NCBI RefSeq assembly: GCF_000142905.1
Contig: NW_013657636.1
Span: 62,001 to 126,000, forward strand
DNA: 64,000 nucleotides
Source of the DNA: Thecamonas trahens ATCC 50062
Taxonomy: Eukaryota > Protista > Apusomonadida
Direction: 5' to 3'
Shown: positions 21,601 to 30,600 of the stretch, piece after piece
Layout of the letters: every line of letters starts with the position of its first letter
How positions within the stretch are numbered: the stretch's first letter is position 1
Made by a program: the position numbers and the translations under genes
Notes under the pieces: model-generated
Databases searched by the model: none
What the model was told of the DNA's origin: nothing
Seen by the model: only the letters and a program-made list of their open reading frames with translations

Positions 21601-21993
21601 CTCACCAACCGTTACCGGCTCACCACCACTGACACTCTTTCCCCAGCCACTTGCCGTTGTCTGCTGAACACGGAGGCCATGACCATCTTGACCATACTCA
21701 TACCCTCCATCATCCCCACCACCACTACCACTCTTCTTCCTCCTCCTCCTCGTCGTCGTCGTCTGGTTCATCCCGCTTCTCGTTGTCAGCCTCCCGCGAG
21801 GATACCCGTCCACCGCCAGCAAGTCATGGTTGGTGTCACCCTCACCTCCTCCTCCGCCTCCTTCTCCTCCAAGAACATCACGCTCACGGGTGGGAATATG
21901 TTGCTCATCCCCTCTACCAGGTACCGGTGGCAGTGGCCGTGACATATGACCCGTTGCAACTGAGAGAGGCGTGGCTACTGCAACTGCTACCAT
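18646..21993 (-). CDS. Large coiled-coil protein (myosin-tail/centrosomal-like), function unknown
   Basis: ORF of ~1,115 codons with continuous heptad-rich E/A/L/R sequence after a disordered N-terminus; no motor domain seen. Confidence 0.8.
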   Translation of the reverse strand: MVAVAVATPLSVATGHMSRPLPPVPGRGDEQHIPTRERDVLGGEGGGGGGEGDTNHDLLAVDGYPRGRLTTRSGMNQTTTTRRRRKKSGSGGGDDGGYEYGQDGHGLRVQQTTASGWGKSVSGGEPVTVGERSYVEGTSVLSPEYDTVKEHVQVTLLEELDRLSRAEATARASMEKELRAKVVTLTAENESLKEQLAKISAKHKRDSAALLELRSRYEVDTFRLMREAQDAQGAVANSEAYADSNIQSLRSSLTEAQAMLVEERAGREAAAGAAADAKAALEKTAAMADKSVRALASLQEEHGKLEATKNAVIEELEFEIRILRRQLDEMVGLEEDFAALAKSHTALRNRVTDLQSDRAREQAEAEDALAQLDYEGALLKTKLAEEAAGRTEAEREAGRLRGELAELASERGEVSTALATLQSKYDSLAARKAELDDVHESVLRQRVSLEAETAELKSRSKTYDEIRAEVMAQANEKVAYLKDALEEAQLDNDAVQEKLERATRAAAKAQTTAEATVRRLEGDVATLKAGLADAQAYAAQQEAQVEALQSELDEALSARTAAERQIALLSAQAEALEAERASLAAQVAKGQEDLSTARADAAAERDRLNAALLAAQADKAEAQDAVERIQSQHDKLAEQLQTRAAMQNQIDALQEERSQVGARAESLESQLANAQARAEAAEANAAFLQETNGAVAAECDIVAAERDALKSRNASLESAAAAASSDAAAETSQLQRAVASLESELSGLRATRDEWRDKYDSLLDTYSEMESRSASEVSALRLRVARLSEERSVLERKLFDEVQLRAAMQARLDPHSEVSREALDALRAELSADFDAERARLNAEISLLNREAGERAEELAHADREMARLKSRLRSATEDKERAEASAASAASALLPQIESLQSRVDALSRERDELRSLSHADLLAAQTTISELRASVSNLQSRLTEAHSRLASLEGRLATLPGLQRDLEHARAAREQQAADYDAIIAKLRAQLQGERERAADAELALEDTTGELLKEKKARAAAERESARAVAEEERLETQLVSKVRNLQMQLHDLKARNRELANESMQTQDELMLRLEHAIGERAELGKKLDEESMRRAELEAASMIMDSSAVA

Positions 21994-22398
21994 CCCCTTT
22001 GGGCCGCTCCCCTGCCCTGCCGACCGCCCGCCCTCCACCCGCGCCTTTGTTGCCTCGGCCAGCCGTTGGTCAGCCGTTGTTGCCTCATTTGGCTGGTCAT
22101 TCGAGCGTTCGATTGGGGGGAGGGTGACAGGGGGGGGGGGGGGGAAGGGGGAGGGGGAGGGGAGGGGAGGAGGGTCTCTCTCTGATGATCGGAATGGACT
22201 CGCTCAGAGAAATGGACAACGGCTATGTCCTCCTTTGTGTGTATCGATCAGCGGGGGACAGGCATCTGTGACTGGTGGTGGTGGATGGCTCGGAGCTTGG
22301 GATCAGTCAGAGCATTGTGCTGGTGGGAATGGCGCCGGCGGAGAAGTAGCGATGAGGGCGATGATGGGATGATGGTACCCGCTTGCTTTACCTTTTGC

Positions 22399-24255
22399 TC
22401 ACGACGAGTACGAGTACGAGTAGTCGGAGGACGAGCCACGCGAGTTCGACTCTTTGTCCGAGTCTTCGACCAGGACTGGGGCCTTGGCTCCGGGCACAAC
22501 GCCCTCGACATTCTGATGGGCAATTTGCTCAAAGGTCTTGGACTTGGAGGCCTTGGCCTCGCGCTTGGCGGCGGCTTCGGCCTCCTGGCGGGCGCGGACG
22601 GCAGCGGCAGCATCCTCAGCAGCGAGACGGGCAGCACGGCGGCGGCGGCGGCGCTTGAGGCAAGCGAGGAGGAGGAGGGCGACAATGACGACAATGACCA
22701 CGCCGATAAAGACGCCGACGGTTGCGCCGGCAGCAAGCCCGGCGTTGTCGGTGCACTTGGGGCAGGCTGGGCAGCCGCTAGCGGCCGCTGCCACGCCGAC
22801 AATCGCGCATTCGCCGGCAGTTGTGGTGCAGTCGAGCGTGGCCCGACGCGCCGAGCCGCCAAGCAGCCGCCGGGTGGTGCCGCGGGTGGCGCTCCCACTG
22901 GCGGTTCCCATGCACCGCCGCGCAGCCAGCGACGACGACCAGGCTGCAAACTCGGCCTCATCGATGGCACCCGAGCCGTCGACGTCGGCGGCGGTGAACG
23001 AGGCGCACGACGAGGAGTCCCTGGCCGTGGCGGCCTCGTCCTGGAGCGTGATGGTGGTAAACTGGCCGTTAAAGGCAGAGAAGCCGGAAAAGAGCACAAC
23101 GCGTGTTCCAACGTCAAAGGTGTATGCAGCAGGAATGGCGACAACAAGCGAGCCAGCAGCAGTCACGTTACCGCTTGAGCGGATGGTGATGGCCGGGACC
23201 GAGTCGCCGACACGGAAAGTGAGGATGGAGCCAACGGTAAGATCCAGATCCGAGGTGGAGACAGTGCCATCCTTGACGGTGAGCGCACCACGGACTTCCA
23301 AGTCGTCCAAGTTGAGAACAGTCCTCACATCAAGCGTCGTCGTCGCCGCCACCACCAGCTTCCCACTCACTGTCGTCGACAACGTCGAGTCGATGACAAT
23401 GTTCGCATCAGTAAACGATTGCATGCAGAGATTCGTCACACTCTTGCCGGCCACGTTGCTCGCCGTTGTGTTTGACGGGCATTGTCCATGTGCTGTGAAG
23501 GAGGAGATTGTTGAGGGTGAGGGTGGAGGGGGTGGGGGGGGGGGGGGGGGGGAGGGAGGGTAGGGGGGTGGAGGGTCGGGTGGTGGGGGAGGGGGACGGA
23601 GGGGGACGGGCGGGAGGGCAGTAGGGGACNNNNNNNNNNNNNNNNNNNNNNNNNNNNNNNNNNNNNNNNNNNNNNNNNNNNNNNNNNNNNNNNNNNNNNN
23701 NNNNNNNNNNNNNNNNNNNNNNNNNNNNNCAAGCTGCTGGCACAGTTAGATCTGCATGATGAGCTCACCGACGAGTTGGAGGCAGACGTGATGGCGGCGT
23801 GGCGTTTTCGCGAGAGACCCATGGAGAGGATGTGCGGCGGATGGACGCTCGGAGCGAGCTGATAGTCTCCTTTGACGACTTTTACACCGAGTACGCCTAT
23901 GTGGTGGTCGCCTCGGGCTTCCGGCCCGAGTTTGCGGCGCGAATTGTGCCTGCGCTGGTCCGCCGCCGCGCCTGATGAAGCTGCCATGATAGCGCTGTTC
24001 AAGGAACCCGGGCCAAGATCGCCGCACTTGTCAAGGTCTACGGCATGCGGAGCGAGTGGGAGACCCTGCGGGCGAGCTTTCGCACCCCGGACGATCTCAC
24101 CGTCCTTCCACGGGTGAGGTCGGTGTGGGGGAGGGGGGACAGGGGGACGGCGGGAGGGCATAGGGGACAGGGGGGCGACAGGACGACATGGGCCTACCTT
24201 GGGCCACAACCACCGCAAGCACCAGAGCCGCGGTGAGTGCAGATACAGACACCAT
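22399..24255 (-). CDS. Type I membrane protein: signal peptide, beta-rich ectodomain, EF-hand-like loop, TM; exons 24255-24198, 23492-22399
   Basis: Splicing GTAGGC(24197)...CAG(23493) gives MVSVSALTAALVLAVVVAQAHGQC. Also DVDGSGAIDEAE, TM GVFIGVVIVVIVALLLLACL followed by KRRRRRR stop-transfer, and an SDYSYSYSS tail. Confidence 0.75.
23630..23729. other. Assembly gap (100 N, probably unsized)
   Basis: Exactly 100 N. Confidence 1.
23730..24113 (+). pseudogene. Frameshifted fragment of a putative HhH/DNA glycosylase-like helical protein (possibly a misassembled contig end)
   Basis: Joining frames gives SFDDFYTEYAYVVVASGFRPEFAARIVPALV..LFKNRAKIAALVKVY..WETLRASFRTPDDLTVLPR. At least three breaks, all at homopolymers. 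Confidence 0.4.
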
Positions 24256-24290
24256 AGTGAGGGTGGGGTGGGTGGGGTGGGGAGTGGGGT

Positions 24291-24316
24291 GGGTTAGGGT
24301 TGGGGTTAGGGTTAGG
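24291..24316 (+). repeat. Short interstitial (TTAGGG)-like tract
   Basis: GGGTTAGGGTTGGGGTTAGGGTTAGG, ~36-60 bp upstream of the minus-strand ATG at 24255. Confidence 0.6.
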
Positions 24317-24959
24317 TGCAGCTTGGGGTCGGGGGGGGGCGCGGGGCGGTGAGGGGGTGGGGTGGCAGTGGCATCGCCGCGCTTTGGGCGGTGGCTGGAC
24401 CGGGTGAGTTGGACAGAGACATGGCAGTGGGGAGGTTGTGATCGGGTGCGAATGAAGGAGGGAGGTTCTTGATTGGATAGGCTGGACAGAGGTGGAGGGT
24501 GCAAGGTGGATGCGGTGGCTTTGGCGGACTTGGTGGGGCTTTGGAGGCTGGATCGGCTTGTTCGACAGCGTGATGGCGGTGGGGCGAAGATCGTGCCCAG
24601 GCGCAGGCACTATACGCCGAGCCTCGGCGGAAACGGCCAGCTATCTGGCCATCTTGAGCTATGGCTGGCAGCACAACGCGTCTCACCTGGGACTACGCCA
24701 CCCAGCTACCGCCATCGCTCGCTGCGATGGCCACACCCGATCCCATACCACCACCATCGCCAACACCCACCACCTCCCGCACGCAGCAGCCGTATCTTTG
24801 GCAAGCACAGCCAAGCCAAGGATCAACCCAGAGCAACTCACCCGCCCACTTGCCCTTCTCATCTCACCAACACGAAGAAATAACGGTACTTTGCCACCCG
24901 GCCTGTCACCGCCATCGTCATCAGCAGCAACGCACAATTGCTGCGACTCCTACAAGTCG

Positions 24960-25295
24960 CTAACACTCACAGCCGGCTGGCACCTTACATCGCTAAAAGC
25001 TCCGATGGCGTCGAGGAGCAGGAAGCTACCCCACCCACCAGCTTGATGACGTTGCGCGGCGACAACGACGACGACAGGCGGCCGTCTGGGCGCGCAAATC
25101 TTACCTTGATCTCGGGTGTACGCGAGCAAGCGGCTGCAGCTCATGTACATGCGGGTCACCGTGCCAATCAGTACAATGTGCTGGCAAAGATGGCGAGCGC
25201 AGTAGAAGCGAGGAAATCTCTCGGGCCGGCAACCGAGAGAGTGTGCGATGGTCACTCTCCATCCAACCAAAGTGACCGTTTTGTTGGGTGACAAG
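24960..25295 (+). repeat. Dispersed repeat, copy 1 (homologous to 56001-56370)
   Basis: Shared blocks CTAACACT.AC, CGCTAA.AGCTCCGATG, GGCGGCC.TCTGGGCGC.CAA, TTGATCTCG.GTG.ACGCGAGCAAG.GGCTGCA, CATGTACA.GCG.GTCACCGTGC, CCGGCAACCGAG, TTGGGTGAC. Confidence 0.85.
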
Positions 25296-25440
25296 TTGTC
25301 GTTCAGGCTGGCCGAGCCGCCGGTTGGGCGGCGGAAGTGGCTCGGGCGGCAGAGAGGAGCGGCGGGGAGCGGTGACCGAGGGGGGGGGGGGGGGCACATC
25401 TGTTGAAGGCATACACCTCTCGTCGTCGACGTGTGTAGGA

Positions 25441-27373
25441 ATGTCGGCGGCCGGAGCGTCGTCGCGTATGTTTAGGTTCAAAAAGTCCAAAGACAAGGAT
25501 AAGGACAAGGACAAGGAGAAGGGCAAGAAGAAGAAGGACAAAGACAAGGACAAGAGCAAGGATAAGGACAAGAAGAAGGACAAGGACAAGAAGAAGAAGA
25601 AGAAGAAGGGCAAGGTGGTACGTACTACACACATGAGCATCTCCATCACTACCCTCCCCTCCCCCCTCCTTCCTTTCTCTCCTCCTCCCCTTCCCCCTCC
25701 TTCCCCCTTCCCCTTGGGCTTGCCAAAGGGGGAAACATGCCCGTTTGATGACCCGCACCGATCCTCCTCTACTGGGGCTACCCCCCTGGTGACCATCAGT
25801 ACACCCTTGTACAGCCTTGTTCAGTGTATGCACCACATACTACCACTACTACCTACATTGTACACTCTTTGTACATCAGGAATATCACGCTCCCCTGTGT
25901 TCTTCTCCCTCCTACCCTTCCCTATGCCCCCCCAGGTACTTCCCCCCCGCCCTCCCCTCCACCGCCTGCCGTTGTTGGGTTTTTTGCTGGCCACCGTCCA
26001 ACCTCCTCCCCCCCTCCCCCCCTCCTCCCCCCCCTCCACACACACATATTCTGTACCAGCTTCACCATGCCTCCACTACCATGCCCAACATGTTGTCCAC
26101 AACTGCTTCCATGGTCCCCTAGCTTCCCCTTGCCAACCCAACAATCCCAAGCCCCCCCTTGGTGCAGAGGTCACAGCGGCAACGTCCATGGCTGTTCAAC
26201 TAGGCTGACTCCTCCCTGTCTTCCGCCGGCAGTTTCCTACATTCTCAGCATGTTGGCCTCGATTTTACCGCCAGTCACTCCCTCGCCTCCCCGCCTCCCC
26301 CGCCTCCCCCGCCTCCCACGCCCGCGACTCACACCAGGCTATATGCACGGTTTGTATAGGGAGACGATGATGATGACATGCCCAACATTGCGGGCCTCTC
26401 GCTGGAGGACAACATGTTTGAGCTCAACATTGCCGAGTTTGACCTCATTTCGACCATCGGGACGGGCACGTTTGGACGGGTCTACCTCGCACGGCACATG
26501 ACGACGTCCAAGTACTACGCCATGAAGGTGCTGAAGAAGGTGGAGGTTGTGCGGCTGAAGCAGGTCGAGCACATCACGTCGGAGAAGAACATCCTCTCGG
26601 TCATCCACCATCCGTTTATTGTCAACTTGTTCGGGGCGACGCAGGACGCCAAGAATCTGTACATGCTCCTCGAGTACGTCATTGGAGGTGAGGTCTTTAC
26701 GCACCTGCGGCGCGCTGGCAAGTTCCCGCCGGACGTGACTAAGTTCTACACGGCCGAGATTGTGCTCGCGCTGGAGTACATGCACTCGCTCGACATCATC
26801 TACCGTGATCTCAAGCCCGAGAACTTGCTCCTAGACTCGAACGGGCACATCAAGATCACCGACTTTGGCTTTGCCAAAAAGGTCGAGGACCGGACATGGA
26901 CCCTCTGTGGGACGCCCGAGTACCTCGCTCCCGAGATCATCCAGTCCAAGGGCCATGGCAAGGCTGTAGACTGGTGGGCCCTCGGCATCCTCGTCTATGA
27001 GATGCTCTGCGGCTACCCGCCGTTCTTCTCCGACAACCCGTTCTCCATTTACGAGGCCATTCTCGCCGGAAAGATTGCCTTCCCCTCGCACCTCGACTCG
27101 GCCGCCAAGGACCTCATCCGCAACCTGCTCAATGCAGACCTGACCAAGCGCATCGGCTGTCTCCGCAATGGTCCCGCAGACATCAAGCGCCACAAGTGGT
27201 ACAAGTCTATCGACTGGGACGCCCTACTCGCCAAGCAGATCCCGGCGCCCATCATCCCCGTCACCACCTCGCCGGGTGACACCTCCAACTTTGACCAGTA
27301 CGAGGAGGAGCCCGACGACCCGAGTGATCCCAACGGCGAGGATCCGTTTGCCGAGCTCTTTGCGGGCTTTTAG
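25441..27373 (+). CDS. PKA-C: cAMP-dependent protein kinase catalytic subunit (PRKX / Dictyostelium PkaC type); exons 25441-25617, 26360-27373
   Basis: [60 protein letters not shown]-terminal FAGF. GTACGT...TAG intron (742 nt) joins a Lys/Asp-rich exon 1 in frame. Confidence 0.95.
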
Positions 27374-27635
27374 TCGTCGCTGTGTGATGCCGCGACCAGC
27401 CCCCCCCCCCCCCCCCAAACGTAAAACGGTGTAAGCCACGTACACCTGTCAGCAGCCATCACGACCATCCGCCGTTAGCCGAGCCGCGCCCAAAGCCCGC
27501 GCTACGCCCGTCGCCCGTCCGACTTCGCATACGCGCCGTTGGCCACTCACACGGCCACCCCAACCGCACCACGTACTCGCCCGGCCAACCACTCCACACA
27601 CTCCACCCACCCACCCCATTCTCCACACAACGCCA

Positions 27636-30600
27636 ATGGCCATTGGCGCCAAGGCAGGCAAGCCACCACCAGCCACCGTCTCCAACCCAACCACCGCCAG
27701 CACCACCGCCACCAGGAAGCCAACCAACACGACGACAACCACCACCACCACCACTGCCGCCGCCACCACCACCACTGCCACCACGACCAACAACAACAAC
27801 AACAACAACAACAACAAAGCGCATGTGGCACTCGCTCCGCCTTCGCTCCCTCCGCTCTCTAGTCATGGTGTGGGAAATCTAGTCGATGACACCGAACTCG
27901 AACTGAGCTACAACTCTCCGACAAGACGACGTCGTCGTCATCATGGTCATGGTCATGGTCATGGTCATGGTCAACATGAGAGAAACATGTTGCATGACTC
28001 TCGGCGTCATGCAGAGTTTGACGCTGCTACTGCTGATGATGCTGCTGATGATGATGATGATGGTGCTGCCGTGACCGCCGCTTCTCGTCTGCCGCGGCCT
28101 GTCCTGCCCAACATTGATGCTGGTCGTGGCGGCGAGCAAGAGGCAGAAGGGGACGCTGTGGCCCAGCAAAGCCAGGTCATGGAGTTTGACTCGTACTCGG
28201 GGGACGATCGCCCGCTCTCGGCCGAGGCAGTGCTTGTTACTCCCGCGGCAGTGGTCCGGAATGGAGCCGGCGCGCACTCGCCGCCACACGGAAGAGTGGA
28301 CCACCACGCAGGGCTCGGCTCGGTCTCGCCCATGTCGTCGGACTCACTCTCGTCAGACTCATCCCCATCTGTACATGCCGCAGAGTCGACGCGGGCCATG
28401 GTGTACGAGTGGGAGCAGCCGCCGGCGCCGCCACCGCCGCCGCCAAACGCCGAGGCGCAGCGGGCGGCGGTGCTCGACCGATACACCGCGGCATCGGGTG
28501 TCATTACGACGTACAAGACCCGTGACCAGCGCGAGGAGCGGATTGTGCAGGCCCGTGCCCAGCGACAGCTCGCCGAGCTCCAGACCCGGGTTGAGAGCTG
28601 TGCCGTCGCGTTGCAGCAGGCGCGCGCCAGCCTCACTGCCGCCCGCCGTGAGGTTGACGGCACGCATGCAGCCATGCGCGAGGTTGACAAGGACATCCGC
28701 AAAGTCACTCGCTCTGCGCTCCGCCAGCCATTTGAGCTCGGCTCGCTCCGCAAGAGGCGCGCTCAACTCGAGACCCAAGTGCGGCTGCAGGAGCGCGAGG
28801 TCACCGACGCCGAGCGCGCCGTGGCCCGCGCCGAGGCCGAGCTCGGCACTGCCGAGCGCGAGCGGACCAAGGTGCTTCCAATGGAGGAAGCATTGACCAA
28901 GGCCGGGCAGAGCCAGCTGGTTGAGCTCAAGGTCATTGCCAACGCGCGGCTGGAGCGTGAGCTGGCCTCGGCTTACCAAGTTGACCAGCGGGCCCGAACT
29001 CGCGAGCTGGCGCTGGTCAACGCCACCCGCAAGGAGGCAACCAAGGTTGCAGTCCAGATGGACTCGGCCGTCTCGGCCCGCCGCAAAGCCGCCGCTCGCA
29101 TCAAGGCCATCCGCAAGGCTGGCGCCAATGAGGACGCAGCCGCGGCCGAGGCCACCCGCGCCGCCCTCACCGCCCGCCGCAAGGCCATCCGCGAGCTGAA
29201 GGACCATACTGAGGAGGCCCAGGCCGAAATCCGCGCAGCCAACAAGGCCCGCGCTCGCGCCGCAGCTCGCCGCCGCCGCGAGGAGGAGCGCGAGGCTGCC
29301 GCCATTCTCGCTCGTGGCGGCAATCCGGAGGAGGTCTTCCGCCGCCGCCGTCTCGAAGAAGCCTATCGCCGCCGCGCAGAGGCCGAAGAGGTCGAGCTTG
29401 AGGAGCGCAAGATGGCCATTGCCGCCCGGGTCCTCGTCGAAGAGGAGCGCCACGAGCGCCAGCTCCGCCGCGCCGATAAGCTCTCGGTCGAGCAGGCGAC
29501 CAAGGCGTCGGCACAGCGACGCATTCTCTCGCGCAAGGACAAGCGTGAGGCGGTCATGGAGTATCTGCGCTCGCACAAGCGCGACGATGCTGTGCTCGAC
29601 GGCGGGCTTCCGGCCCCGCAACTGGGGCCTAACTCGATCCAGCCGCCATTCCCATCGGACATTGCGCCGCGTGAGAGCTGGGCTCACCCGCTCGGCGACG
29701 AGGCGACTGCCATGACCCGCGAGCTCGAGGCTGCCGAGCGGGCCAAGTACGCCGAGCTCGTCTCGTCGCTTCCGCCACTGACTGCGAGCGCTAGCACGAC
29801 AACGGGACGGGGCGAGCTGCCCAAGCTCGAGATGTCAGATGGCGAGCGCGGCTCAGGCCGCGCCACCGGTGGGGCGGACCCATTTGCCGCGTTTGTGCGC
29901 CCAATTTCGGCTCCGGCCGAGCGGGGAGGTGCAGCGCGAGGCCGGACAAGCCGTCAGTCACGCGGCAGTGATGACATGCTGGTGCCGGAGATGCAGGGCT
30001 TGTGGGAGAGTGACTCCAAGCGAGCGGGAAATCGGGCAGGCGAAGCGGTCCGGAGCGCGCGGATGCGCCGAAACGGTTCGCTGCATCGGCGGGCACGGAG
30101 CGCACGCACGTCACGGCCGCGGATCGACCCCAACTACTCGGACACGGTGCGTGTGGCCGGCTTCGAGGCCTCACCGGCCTCGCTCACCTTTGCCGACTTT
30201 GTTGTCGGCGAGCACTACTCGCAGACGTTCTCGCTGACCAACGTGTCGTATGGGTTCAACTCGTTTAAGGTGCTGGAGCTCCCGCTAGCCGTTCGTGACT
30301 TTTTCGAGGTTGCCTTTACGCCGCAAGGCAACATGTCAGCCGGCCTCTCGACCGAGCTGACAGTCACCTTCTCGCCCAAGGTCGACGAGGACCTCACCAC
30401 GCTGTTGCAGATCCAGTCAAAGACCGGAGTGCTCGGCGTGCCGATTGCGGCTAAGACCCGCAAGTGCGACGTTGCGCTCGAGTCCAAGATTCTCGACTTT
30501 GGCTCGGTCGTCATCGGCGAGTCGTCAACTCTCAAGCTGACCATCATCAACTCGGGCGCTGTGCCGACTGAGTTTGAGCTCGACCCATATGTGCTCGACC

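Noticed and set aside
24182-24232. Plus-strand mini-exon (CAG...GTGAGT) continuing the HhH-like fragment
   Set aside because: Its translation (DDMGLPWATTTASTRAA) does not continue the family pattern; the opposite strand gives a convincing signal-peptide exon.
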